The translations under genes were made by a program, and so were the position numbers. Under the pieces are notes generated by a model. The model did not search any database. It worked only from the letters and a program-made list of their open reading frames with translations, and was not told the origin of the DNA. Source: Eledone cirrhosa (lineage: Eukaryota). From it: a stretch of 64,000 bases of DNA. The stretch spans positions 20,212,001-20,276,000 of the forward strand of contig OZ024747.1 of the NCBI GenBank assembly GCA_964016885.1, written 5' to 3'. This document shows, piece by piece, positions 28,846-41,915 of this stretch. Within the stretch, counting starts at the first letter, position 1. Each line of letters begins with the position of its first letter.

Positions 28846-30141
28846 TATATGTGTGTATGTGTGTATTCTTACATGTATCTAAGTTTGTATGTATACGTCT
28901 ATGTTTATATATCTATCTATTATCTATCTATTTGTTTATTACAAAAAAGTAAATTATCTCGCAAACTTCACATTTATGCCCATTCGAATGTTTTTTCCTA
29001 TTTGTATAAATATTTTTCAATGAAATATAACAGAAATTTCCAATGTTCATATACCGATTATGTTGATAATATTTTTTGTAAAACGATTCTTTTATTTTTT
29101 CAAGTTAATAATTCATCCTAGTTTATATGACATTAGAATTCCGTATAAAAACACTCAGACATTATTATGATTGATATTATTCATTTTTAGTGATTCGTTC
29201 TTTTCGTAAATCGTACTTTTTATTTTAATTGTGTTTAGTGGTACAAAAGATATGTTTTATAAATAAATTTACATCATTTGTAATAGTTTCTATAGTTTCT
29301 ATAGTTTGTATGAATTAGATTTATATCGCATCTCCTATATGTGGTTTCAATGTCTCACTCTATCTAATTATTCAGGCATTTGTTGTATTGGATGTGAAAG
29401 ACCCCGAAGTCATGTCTATGAAATTGATCACTCATAATTCAATTTGTGACTGGTTTGCGACATGTCAGCAGCTGGTGGTTATAAACTCTATATCCTTAGA
29501 TGTCCTACTGAAAGAGGGAGTAAAGATAATTTTGCGTTCTATGATTTCACTGATTCTTCCAATTAGAAATTATCTCCTTGATTAGGGTATGTGATTTTAC
29601 ATGGCAGGAACTATTTAGGAAACATACAAACATCATGAATATAAATGATAAAATGCGAAAGGAGCCCGGACATGACATACCCACAATATGTGAATAGAAA
29701 TAGTTACACATACAGACGAAATAAATACCAGCTATATACTAGGGATCGTTGTAATCGAATATGCTCTCCAGCCCTTCTCATAAGGTTTTGTAACCTTGTG
29801 TATATGCAATGTATAAGAACTAATCTTACATATCTCAGTTATTTTACATGCAACAAGTAATAGATTTGTATGAAACTCCGAATACACTACTTATTTCAAA
29901 TGCTGAACGTCAGTATTATGTACAAATGCTGTACTGGTGTGTAGATGGGTGTATTTGTGCGTGTGTACGTATATGTATGTGTGTATCTATCTGTGTATCT
30001 TTACATACATACATAAAGTATGTATCTATGTATGTATATATGTATGTATGTATGTATGTTCCTTGAAACATAAGGCGGGGGCAGCCATCTTTCATGTATG
30101 TATGTAGGTAGGTAAGTAGGTAGGTACGTATGTATGTATGC

Positions 30142-30198
<57 letters not shown>

Positions 30199-30337
30199 TG
30201 TATACATGCATGTAGGTACGTATGTATGCATGTATTTATGTATGTATGTTGAAGTTTACAAATGCCTAAAGAAATGTAAAAAGAAAGTCAAGAAATTCAT
30301 GCATCAATGGCGGATGAAAATATGTGCCAACACTATT

Positions 30338-31150
30338 AGCAGCAGCAGCAGCAGTAGCAGCAGCAACAGCAGCAGTAGCAGCAGCAGCAACAACAGCAGC
30401 AACGCAACAGCAACAGTAGCATCACCAACACCGACAGTAGAATCATAAATTATAGTATAGTTTCAATTAGAAAAAATGCATGAATTCAGTATCAAAATTT
30501 AATCATTTGAAGCATCATCATAGTCATCATCGTAATAACCATCATCATCAGCAGCAGCAGCAACAGCAACAGCAGATGCTTCTCGGCATCATCATCATCA
30601 TCAGCAGCATCATAACCTTCTACATATTCATCTCCACCATCATCATCATTATAGTCGTTTTCATCATCACCATCTTCATCATTATCATCATCAGCTTCAT
30701 CGTTGTTATTGGCAGTATCGGTAAAGAGTCGGGCGCCATGCTTTGCAGCATAGAGTTCAAATCCCACCGAGTTTAACTTTGCCTTTCACCCTTGCTGGGT
30801 CGATAAAATAAAGTAGCAGTAATGCACTGGGGTCGACTTAATCGATTTTTCCCTCGCCCCAAATTACTGGCCTTGTGCCTATAGTAGAAACCATTATTTT
30901 CCTCATCATTTTCATTAATATCATCTAGCTCATCATTATCTTCATTGTCATCACTTTCATCATCACTTTCATTAACATCATCCTCATTGTCATCATCATC
31001 TCCATCACTTTCATTAACATCATCATCATCCTCATCATCATCTCCATCATAATCATTTTCGTCGTAATCGTCTTCACTAGCAACATCAACATCATGAGCC
31101 TTGATATTTTCTTCATTAAATCCACCATTATCATTATCGTCATTACCGTC
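30338..31150. repeat. Degenerate (CAG/CAA/CAT)n trinucleotide region
   Basis: Direct reading; interrupted by a SINE at 30708-30897. Confidence 0.9.
30708..30897 (+). mobile_element. SINE family 1
   Basis: attggcagtatcggta...gagttcaaatccc...gtcgataaaataaagtag...ggccttgtgcctatagtagaaaccattatt. Confidence 0.85.
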
Positions 31151-31525
31151 ATTGTTATACAGTTTCTGAATTTGATGAAATAATTAGAGGAGTTTAAAAA
31201 AAAATACACAGGAAAAAATAATTTAAAAAAAATGGAAAAAAAAGGTATTAAGAAACAGATAGAAGTTGATGAGGAAAAAGAAAAAAATGAAGAATTAGAT
31301 AGAGAGGTAGAAAAAAAAAAGAACAATAGTAAAATAGTGAAAAAAAGAAAGCACAAAAATGACATAGAGAAGGAAAAATAAAAAATAAAAATTAATAAAT
31401 AGGAAAAGAAATAAGCACCCCACCCCGCCCTCCCACCTTTCCGTGGCAGAAATAATTTAGAACGATTAAATATATAATCTGAAGAAAGATCAAAAGAAAC
31501 AGAATGAAAAGTATATAAAGCATTA

Positions 31526-31579
<54 letters not shown>

Positions 31580-31834
31580 GTATAATGCTGATGATGATGA
31601 TGATCATCATCATTATCATCATCATCATCATTATTGTTATTAATCAGGTTAGAATATGATTGAAACCAAATCAAAGTGAAGTTGATTGCTATTTCCTAAA
31701 GAAAGACTTTTGTCTTACTGTAGCACACAAATTGTATTATCTAACGTAGGAATCTATTTTTCTCCTCAAAACTGTCAATTTTAAAGTACATTTTCTTTTC
31801 ATTTTTCTTTTAGTTTTCCATCGCTTACTTTGTT

Positions 31835-31915
<81 letters not shown>

Positions 31916-31994
31916 AAACAAAGTAATGTATCCATATATATATATATATACATATGTATGCATTTATATATGGTGTATATGTATAAGTATATGC

Positions 31995-32068
<74 letters not shown>

Positions 32069-32474
32069 ATATGGTACTTGTGTATATTTATATCTATTTT
32101 ATATTCATATATACTAATAGATGTATATGTGTAAATATATAGATATAATATATATTAGTATGTGTGTGTGTGTGTGGTTGTTTAAATATTTCTCTTGTTA
32201 TGTTATCTTGTTATGCTAGACAAAATGTTAATATTATTTGTTTAATATGTCTTTTTAGTTTCTATTATTTGTTATGGGGGTTGACAGAAGTTAAAATTTG
32301 CATATGACCTTTAGACCTTTCTGTATTGTCTGTTGATTTTAACAATATATTTATACTATTTATATTTATAACCTTTTGTAGCTTTTTTAACCAAATATAA
32401 ACTGAACAGACTCACTAACGCACTTACATGCATTACCATATATATATATAAAAGAAAATATCCATGTATGTTTA

Positions 32475-32514
<40 letters not shown>

Positions 32515-32587
32515 CATACACATATACATATATGTATATGTATGTATATTATATATATGTATATGTATGTATATATATATGTATATG

Positions 32588-32660
<73 letters not shown>

Positions 32661-32828
32661 ATCTATATGTATATGTATGTATATATATATATACACACAT
32701 ATATATATATGAATAATTCAATATATATATAAATATATTTATATATATATTGAATTATTCATATATATATATATATATATATACATACATATAAATATAT
32801 TATTTTATTAATTCATAAATATATATAT

Positions 32829-32911
<83 letters not shown>

Positions 32912-33221
32912 TATAATTCAATATATATATAAATATATTTGTGTCTGTGTCTATGTCGTTGTGTATGTATACGCCCAGTAACGAATTTATATTATTCCAG
33001 AGGCGTATATGGATGCTATATTTGTGGTTGAAATCTGGGGGTCGTCTCAGCATATTGTTGTTTGGAATTATATTTCGATTCCCATAGAGCTTCTGACATT
33101 CTTGTCACACATTTCATGTAAAATACGTAACATGTAAGCAGTTACACACAACGTTCAACAGTACGGCCATATTGGTGCTGGATTAGTAATTTTTTTATAA
33201 AAGACTTCGAAAAACAGGGGT

Positions 33222-33318
33222 AATAATTGTTTCTATTTTGGGCACATTTCCAGCAATTACCCAGAGCATTACTGGTATTTTATTTTATCGACCGCGTAAG
33301 AATGAAATGCAAAATTAA
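33222..33318 (-). mobile_element. SINE family 1, 3' fragment
   Basis: aataattgtttcta...ctggtattttattttatcgacc. Confidence 0.75.
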
Positions 33319-33661
33319 TAATTATTAAAGGGTTAGGTTTGCAGATTGAAAGGGAGGAAACATTCTTTTTTAAATGAAAAGGCAGGGGGTTAACTTATGT
33401 AACGCTTATATGTTACTGTATACCTAAGAATCCACAAGTGTTAGAGGCATAAATTATTATAAAAAATAATAACTGAACCTGTAGCAGAGTTCATTTTGAT
33501 ATGGCTAAAATTATCAACTGGGATAATTTCAGATCCTCCTAATAATACATGTGTATTTAGGTAATGAATTGTTGCGGTAATAAAATGTTTATACCACGCA
33601 ACTTGCCCCTCGGATTCTGTTCTCAATTTATTTAAACATTTATAACGAAATTCAACAATAT

Positions 33662-33839
33662 ATCGATCGACTTTCGTCAAATTGGACCGAGGAAACAATG
33701 TTTCCGTTGGTCTTTCCAATTGCTAATACTATCTATCGGTCGCAGCTCCAGGTAGAAAGAGCAACGTGAAATAAAGTGCCTTGTTCAAGGTCAAGGTCAA
33801 GGACATAACGCATCGCCCGGTCCGGGAATCGAACTGACA
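33662..33839 (-). mobile_element. SINE family 2, 5'-truncated
   Basis: Close match to 23985-24150. Confidence 0.8.
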
Positions 33840-33978
33840 ATATATTAAAATGAAAGAGAGATAAGTAATTATATAGGGCGACCGGCTGAGGTTGAAGGAA
33901 CAGAATAGCGGTCGCCCTCGGGTCCTCAATTTTCAGCTCCATGGATTTTATCTATTACATTCACGTATTATATTTCGA

Positions 33979-34036
33979 ATACCTGATGATATCACCGGAT
34001 TCATACGGAACCCGGTCATTGAAATGATCATAGTAT
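33979..34036 (+). ncRNA. Minimal type-I hammerhead ribozyme (C.C stem-II subtype)
   Basis: atac-CTGATGA-tatcaccggattc atacg gaacccggtcatt-GAAA-tgatca-TA-gtat-AATAAA; palindromic stem III ATGATCAT. Confidence 0.8.
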
Positions 34037-34119
34037 AATAAACCTTTCAAGGATTTACACAAATCCAGCCTCCTGTCATTTCATTATAATTAGATAGACA
34101 CATAGATAGATGTATAGAT

Positions 34120-34920
34120 ATATTTCTTTATTTACCATAAAGGCATAAAAAGAAGGGACAAATACAAAGGGGGAGTTTACATAAAACCGAGTAAAAAGGG
34201 TATAAAATGAAAATAATCGAAAACAACCTCAAAAGGGAGGGGACGTGATGGGGGTTGCACACCCCCCTGAAAAAGTGTGCAATCCTTTGCCCGGGGAGCA
34301 GATGGAGAAGGTGCTCCCCTCTCCTTCACTTCTTTACCTACAGGATGGTATACAGAGAAGGCCCATTTACACGAAATGAAATATTATTGGTGTTGACTTT
34401 GTCGTCTGCTTTGCTTTCTGTTATGATGTTGTTTTCAAATGTTATTTTTGTGTTTGTTGTGTCTTTGTTTGTGGTATTAATATTGTCATGCAATTTTTCA
34501 AATTTTTTTTTTTGTTGGAATCAATGTCCAGATTTGTGTTTTCGTCATTTTTCTCCGCAAATTCGTCTGTTTTTCTTTTATTTTTTGTTTCCTTCTCTAT
34601 GATGTTAGTTGGGAAGGGGGGGGGACTAAAGCGTGCGAGCTTACAACTCTTACCGCTGTCCCCCCACCACTATTTTCGTTAGCTTCGTTTAACATTTCTG
34701 TCAGACGATTGAATTTTTATGCCACAAAATTTTTAAAAACAGGTTTTTCACCCCTGGGAGGAGCGAAGATGAGCTGACCCACCGCCTGACAGTTCAGACG
34801 GGGGGTCAAGCTACACAATAGTATCAAAATTAAAATTGAACTTACAAAATTTCCGCAATAAATTGGAACAAAACTTCTGCGCGAAGTGAATTACATCTAA
34901 GCTGTAGAACAGACGACAGC
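34120..34920 (-). mobile_element. Internally deleted Tx1-type derivative (5' UTR/ORF1 start joined to ORF2 end/3' UTR)
   Basis: 34120-34372 is homologous to the 3' end of the adjacent LINE. 34373-34920 has the same two-hairpin motif and N/K/T-rich composition as that LINE's 5' region. GATA-type repeats on both sides. Confidence 0.6.
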
Positions 34921-34927
34921 TAGATCT

Positions 34928-34967
<40 letters not shown>

Positions 34968-35190
34968 GTTTCTATTTATTTGCCACGAGGGCACAAAAGA
35001 ATGGGACAAATAGAAGGGGGAGTTTACATAAAGGAACGAGTAAAAAACAAATAACAAATATAAAATTAACAATACGGTCCTCAACAGGGAGGAGGCGTTT
35101 TGGGGGGTACACCCCCCCCCGAAAAAGTGAGCAACCCTTTTCCTTAGGAGCACAGAGAGGGGGTGCTCCTTTGCACTTCCACCTTTCCAC

Positions 35191-38100
35191 CTACAGGCTG
35201 ATAAAGAGAGAAGGCCCATTCACATGGGCAATTCTCGCTACTTTCACCCACCTTTCATAAAACTTGCTGGGGTAGAGCACCTCTCTCTCCATTCAGATCC
35301 TTCTCTTAAAATGGTATTTAAAGAAAAGGACCAGTTGTTGGTCGGAGAGAAAGGTGTCCGACCTCAGCGCTTTCAAACGTGCCCACCATACCACCTCTTT
35401 CACCATGACTATTACACAGAAGAAGACCGCGCTTCCTTCATTTTTGAAACGGGGGGGGGGGGGCACAGCTTGATCGTTACAATGGTTCAGTGGTCAACCG
35501 GATTGGTCCCACCCGTGACAGCAGTCGTTCGACATAGCCCCACAGATCAGCAACGCCCGAGCAGTGTACCAATGCGTGGGCAACGGTTTCCTCGTCGCAC
35601 ACGCATCTGGGACAGATTTATTTCGAGGGGTCCCTACCCGGGCGCCCGTGTCTGTAGAGCTTTTCTCGAACGGGCAGCGCCCCTCGGTAGCACTGCCAGA
35701 CCAGGGACCTCTAGAAGTTGTCCATAGGTCCCGGACCAAATGTGCTCCCGAATTGGCTGGCCAGTTCGTCTTCCTCCATGCCTAGGGCTTGTCCTAGGCC
35801 GTCGTCGCACCTACTAACCACCAGCCCTTTATAGAATGACTAGGTGGAGTCTCCATCGATAGCCGGGTCCGCCTGCCAGAGAGCCGTGAGCGCCTGGGCA
35901 CACTCGGTGTGGCAAGCGCCCAGCTTTCTCGGTCTTTGCTTGACTCAGGACTTCAGCACGGTGAGCGAGAGGAGTCTCGGAAAGGCTCGCCTCACAAACG
36001 GGGCCCACACCGGTTGACCGGTGAGGAATATCTGGAGGTGCCATAGCCTTAATGCGTGTTTACGCATCAGCAGCCACGGCACCACCAGCCCTCCTTTCGA
36101 AGGGTGTTGACAGCAGATGGATCTCCTCACCAAAGGAGCCTTTGGGAAAAGCACGACGGTCAGGCGGTAATAGATGACGGACGCTATATAAGCGTTCGCC
36201 ACCTCCGCCCGACCTTTCAGGGATAGTTTGCACTCAGCCCACTTCCGCGTCAGCGCAAACACCCTGTTCGATACCTCACTCCAGTTCTTCTCCACCTGGA
36301 GGTCTGGCCCGAACCAGACCCCGAGCAACTTCACCGGGCCCTCCGTCCACCGTCCGACGACGCCGTTGGAGGCCATCGGTTTTCCCCTCCATTCGCCGAG
36401 TTGCAAACCGACTGACTTGTCCCGGTTCAGCTTAGCCCCTGTAAACGTTTCGTATTCCTCCAGTAAGGTGCCGATCACTCCGATTTCCGAGGCGGTTGAC
36501 ACCATTACTGTCACGTCATAGGCGTAGGCCGACACCGCTTTCCGTAATCCCAGTTCCAAAGGGATGCCCTGTAACAACTCCAACTTCCGCAGCAGTGGTT
36601 TTAGGGCCAATACATACAGAAGTGAAGAGAGAGGGCATCCCTGTTGGATGGACCGCGTGATTTCGAACGGCTCCGAGAGGTAGCCGTTCACCTTGACCGT
36701 AGAGCAGATGCGGCTGCTGTGCATGGCAGTGAAGTGATCCAGCCACTGAAAACGGGTCCGAAACCTGCCGCCACTTGCACCGCATCCAGTTAACGATGGT
36801 CGACCCTATCGAACGTCTTAGATTGATCCAAGTTGATCAGGGCCCCACCAGAGCCGGGTTCGTTCCCAACCCTCTCTGTGATGTATCGCATGAGATGGAG
36901 GTTGTCGTGAATGGACCTGGACGGGATGGCGCATGTCTGCGCATCTCCCACCAGTTTGCCCATGACAAGCGCCAACCTCTTTGTAACACCTTGGCCAAAA
37001 TCTTTAACTCTGCATTTAGCAGTCTTATGGCCCTAAAATTACTTATTTCATCCCCCTCGTTCTCGTCCTTCCTCACTAGCGAGACTACACACTTGGTCAC
37101 AGAACAGCGAATTCTCCCGTTCTATTGCCAGTTGCAGTAGACCACTTCGAGGAGATCGAAGAACAAGTCCGGCATACTTAAATACAGTTCGTATGGAAGA
37201 GCATCGAGGCCCGGAGATTTGCGTTTGCCGCATTGGCTCAGCATGTCCCCTATTTCAGCAGCTGAGATCGGCCTCTCGCAGGACTTCGCCTCCTCGTCCG
37301 AAATACGCGACAGGCCGTCGAGGTATGGACCGAGGTCCACATTCCCATCCGGCCACTCGTCCCTACTTAACAATCGGGCAAAGTGCCTTTGAAAGGTCTC
37401 ACACATCTGCTTAGGTTCAAGGATCACTCGTCCATCCTGGTCTCGCAAATACGGATAGTGGATCTAGTCCCACTTTTGGTTTCTGTCACGCGGGCCCAGC
37501 TAACAGCTTTGGTTCCCTCGTTTCCTAGAGCACGTATTTTGCTTCGGACAACGTAGCCTTCGTGTTTTGCGTCGAAGAACTGGCCCAAGGCCGTTCTCGA
37601 CGCTAGCACTCTGACTACGTCGCCGCTTCTAATTACCTCTTCTACACTATCTACCAACTCCCTTTCCTTCCTATTTCTATCAGAGGCTAACTCCTTACTA
37701 ACTCCTATTGAAGTTACTCTAATCTCTCTTTTGAGAGAGGCCCACCACCTGCTGTTGACGATGGCGCCCGTCAACCGCTCCTTATCTAATGTACTGATCC
37801 GGTTCCTGTAAGCTTTACTTGCCGGTAAGGACAAGCTGAGCTTCCAGTAACCGGGTCACTGTCTATGCGTTTTATCAAGGTTGACCATGGAGGTCACTAA
37901 CTTGTGGTCTGAAAAGCCAACCATGTGCATTTTTGGACAACTTAAAAAGTCCCTATCCTTATTTCTAACTAAGAACCTATCTAGGTACGATCTAGATTGA
38001 CCGTTGTGGTTTCTCCAAGTCCAGGTTGGCACAGTCGGAAAATCTAGTCGATATCTATCGGCCAGATCGAATCGGCCGATTAACCCCTTGAGGCTGTTAC

Positions 38101-38550
38101 AACCCCCTCTATCAGGACATGTCCCTACATAGTCTCAACGTGCATCTAGGGTACCATTCCCTTCCCCCCTTAGAACAGTCTCCAGACGATGGAAGAAGTC
38201 CGGCCGCATTGACCCAAAACGGCGACCAGCCTAAAAGCTCCGCCTTCACCACTGCCAAGGTCCAGAACCACTAGTCGACCCTCCGGGTCCAAGTGTACCG
38301 TCTGTGTAGTGAGACCCAGATGTTTTTGCAGCAGAACGACAACCCCACCCCGACCTCCGGGCTGACAGAGAGATGCGTGCATCTCAAAGTCATAAAAGGT
38401 GGGGGCCAGCTGTCGCAAGCGCCTGATCCGGGCCTCGCAAATAACCATCACATTTATACATCGTGACCTGAGGTCATTTAGAAGCATTGCTTGCTTCCAA
38501 GGTGAGCCCAGGCCACGCACATTTAGACAACCTATTCTCAACACAGCCAT
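35191..38550 (-). pseudogene. Tx1/L1 ORF2 (APE endonuclease-reverse transcriptase), frameshifted
   Basis: Fragments 38170-38574, 37424-37834, 37122-37448, 36837-37100, 36790-36975 and 35945-36724 in different frames. Confidence 0.9.
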
Positions 38551-38574
38551 GTTGGTGGTAAAGAGAAAAGGCAC

Positions 38575-40450
38575 TTACATCTCTGCGTCGCGAGGAGCGG
38601 GCCGCACGATTTCCATGGGGGTGGGGAGGGTTGTTGGGGGGTGTAGGGGCATCAATGTGTGGTGGGGTTGGGGTGTTTGGAGTTGTGTGGGTGTCTGGGG
38701 GGAATTTTTTAGGAGGACACGGTTAATGGGTCTGACGCAGGGCACGTCCTCTTTAAAAGTGTCTTTTAACGTTTTGTAAATGTCCATTGGGGCTTTTATC
38801 ATTTTTAGATGGGGAAGCCCCGTTGCTTGTGCGAAATTCGAACCTTCGGTTTTTATTAAGTTGTTATTATAAATAACGTTTAACAGTTTTTTGTTTATTG
38901 TATTTATGTAAGTGTATGCATATTTTTCAATTTGAGTGATGTTTTTTGTTTGCTGTTGTGTGTTTTTTTTGTGTTGATGTCTGCGTTATGTATTGGGGAG
39001 GGGTTGTTTATATTTGTGTTCCTGTGGTGTGTTTTCTTTTTTTTCTTTCAACTTTATGAAAGTGTCCCCCCCCCCCTCGTCTGACGACGAAAGGGGGTCG
39101 TCTTCCGTATTCGAGGGGAGGGGTTCATTTTCGGCTCGTGTTTGTGGTGTGGGTGTTATTGTATTTGTTTTCTGTGTGGGGGGATGGGGGGATTGTTTTC
39201 AATTGTATTTTAACTTGTGGTGTTAGTTGTTTTTGTGGTGGTGGTGGTGGAGGTTGTGTTGGTAGTGTTGTAGTTGTAGGTGTGGGCAGAATCGGTGTTG
39301 TTTTGTTTGCTTGGGAACAGGCAGCCCTCAGGTGACCTCTGCCACCACAGATCTAACAAGCGGGTCGTCTACCCTCCACTGTGATGTGTAAGTAGGCAAG
39401 CCCATCCAGCAATATGCGGTCGGGAATCCTAGCAATTCGTTCTGGCTGCATTTGCACCAGAACTTGCAGGCTAGTTCCACCGAACACGTTGCTGGAAGAC
39501 TTACCTACCGAAATTACTACATCCTCTTTCAAGTCGAAGAGGCCAGACAGTACCGCCCAGAAATCAATATCTGGATCGATACTGTGTATGGTCAATCTTT
39601 GTGTTCTTCTTCCCAAATAAGTGGGGAAGAAGGTAAATAAGGGGTACACAATTGGGGCCAGGGAATGTTTTTCGGCCGTCAATTTATCTTTTATTCGGAT
39701 GGATAGACTACCGTAGAGTCTATCCTTCCGAATGAATACAATGTTTTTCAGATGATCTTTTAAAGCCAGTTCAATCTCTGTCTGTGTGAGCTATACTGGC
39801 TTACGGGTTTTGTTGGATATTGTCCTATGAATAATAGATTTTAAGCTATTTTCCTTTTTTAGCTCTGGGGGAGAATTTAAAGAAAATAGACTATTCTCCC
39901 CCAAAGTTATATAATTCCGTGCATTTTCCATTCGCTGGGCCATGTTTGAAATGTCAATAGGTTCATACACAGTGTGTTTTTGGTAGTTTGAGCGAACATC
40001 ATTTTGTTCGCCCCCTCTGTGTTATCATTTGTCGACATGTGGTTGTTTTCTTGTTTTTTGTTGTTACCATTATCATTTTTTGTTGTGTTCGTGTTATTTA
40101 TGTTGGTGTATGCGTTCACATTTTTTTTTCTCGTTGGGGTTAGACTCCATTTTTTCAAAAAGTTCACTTATATTTTCAGTGTCCGAGAGACTTGTAGTCA
40201 CAGCTACTACTTCTCTTTCACCTTTGCTGGTGGGCGTGGCACCGTGAAAAGTCGAAACGGCATCCATTAATGTTGACAATTTCTCCGAGTCAATTTTTTT
40301 CACATCTTTTTCATTAGGGTTAGGCTCGATTTTTTCACTGTTTCTAATAATCGTTATTCTTTCAGTAGGGAGGCTTGTTGCCTCCGCTACCCGCTCTCCT
40401 TCAGTTTGTTTAGTGGGCGTATCATCGTTACCTGTGGTAATGGCTTCCAT
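38575..40450 (-). pseudogene. Tx1/L1 ORF1 (zinc-knuckle protein), disrupted
   Basis: Fragments 40094-40501, 39907-40167, 39353-39682 and 38575-38802; CX2CX4HX4C with an internal stop. Confidence 0.75.
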
Positions 40451-40663
40451 TACCACTAGCGTAGAGACAATCACACCATTTTTAGGATGGAAAAATTTCA
40501 CCCCAAATGAGGTGAAAGAAATTAACCCTAATGTCCGAAGACCTAGGCAAGGGGGTTAATTAACACAATAACGCAAGAATACAGACAAACACTTACTGTT
40601 AACACGTAATATCTCCAATAATCAAGGAGCCGATGTGAAAAACGTCTATACCATCCGGAGATA

Positions 40664-40950
40664 TATATGTTTCTTTATTAGCCACAGGGGCACAAAAGAA
40701 GGGGACAAATACAAAGGTAGAAGTTTACATACAATAAAAACGTGTGAAATATTATCACAAATGCAATTTAAAAATTAGTCGATTTTCCCCAATAGGGGAG
40801 ACAGTTCATATGGGTAACACATACCCCTGAAAAAATGTGCAACCACCATCTCCAGGAGTACGAAGAGTTTGTACTCCCTTCCTCTCCTCCTCCTTTTCCT
40901 CAACCTACAGGCTGATATAGAGAGAAGGCCAATTCACTCGGGCCATTCTC
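40664..40950 (-). mobile_element. Tx1-type 3' end fragment with candidate 10-bp TSD
   Basis: Homologous to 34968-35237 (encodes NGPSLYISL*). tccggagata at 40654 and 40949; followed by (GATA)n. Confidence 0.8.
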
Positions 40951-41696
40951 CGGAGATAGATAGATAGATAGATAGATGGATAGATAGATAGATAGGCAGA
41001 TAGGTAGATAGATTGATAGAGAGAGAGCGAGAAAGAGAGAGGGAGAGAGAAAGAGAGATTAAAACATGAACTCAAGTATTTAAAACTTACAATTTTCACG
41101 GATTTGCAAACGAAGCAAATTCAGAGTAATGTTTTATGTCATCAACATTCATTATATATATCATGATGTAACCTATATCCATTGTCTCTCTACAGCTCCA
41201 CCACTTTGTCACGTGTAACCAGTCATCTAATCGTTTGTACCTTTAACCTTTACCTTACTATCAATCAATCTAATACTAACAATACTACATGTTTCTGATT
41301 TCACAATTCTCTATAGAAAACTTCATTCTCCATCTTTAGCTGTTCAATGTTGTCATGCACGATGAAAAAGACGGACAAGGAGGTGGCAACTCAAAAGCTA
41401 TGAACAAATCCTTCTGGCATGCCGTCTTTTAAAGATAATCTCAAAAATATTATTATTGATTAAAGTATCTGATAATGAAGTTACTAATTTATCTAATGAA
41501 CCTGGCATTAGAGAACTAGTCATTTGTTTTCTCTTTATTTTCTGTCTGTCTGTGTCTTTCCTGTTCAGAGTTTCATACTGCTATTCACTTATGTGTAACC
41601 CCATGTATATTATATATCACCTATGTTCGAAATAATCCAATTTTTGGAGCGTTGTATGGTATGTTTCATAGCTATGGTTTTATAATGATATGTAAG

Positions 41697-41915
41697 TGCG
41701 GTGGATTGGCAGTATCGGTAGATAGTTAGACGTCATGCTTTGCAGCATAGAGTTACGGCCCTTTATGATCTGACTTCAGATCCCGCCGAGGTTAAATTTG
41801 CCTTTCATCCTTACGGGTCGATAAAATGAAGCACTAGTAACGTACTGGGGTTGATTTAATCGACTTTCCTCGTCCCCCCAAATTACTGGCCTTTTGTCTA
41901 TGCTAGAAATCATTT
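41697..41915 (+). mobile_element. Full-length SINE family 1
   Basis: gcggtggattggcagtatcggtag ... gtcgataaaatgaag ... aaattactggcc ... tagaaatcatt. Confidence 0.85.

Larger units (their letters stand above)
34968..40660 (-). mobile_element. Near-full-length decayed L1/Tx1-type non-LTR retrotransposon
   Basis: ORF1 with C*ICGGRGHLRAAC knuckle (about 39318-39360). ORF2 with APE (CLNVRGL, YLDRFL, SDH, YWKL) and RT (KSPGLDALPYELY, DQSKTFDRVDH, QGCPLS, AYAYDV, LLGVWF). 3' end abuts (TATC)n. Confidence 0.93.

Noticed and set aside
30134-31674. Poly-Q/H/S/D/M ORFs suggesting a transcription-factor exon
   Set aside because: Degenerate trinucleotide repeats interrupted by a SINE; no domain or splice evidence.
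35224-35727. Plus-strand 167-aa ORF (and 36775-37140, 38399-38779)
   Set aside because: Antisense shadows of the GC-richer Tx1 ORF2.
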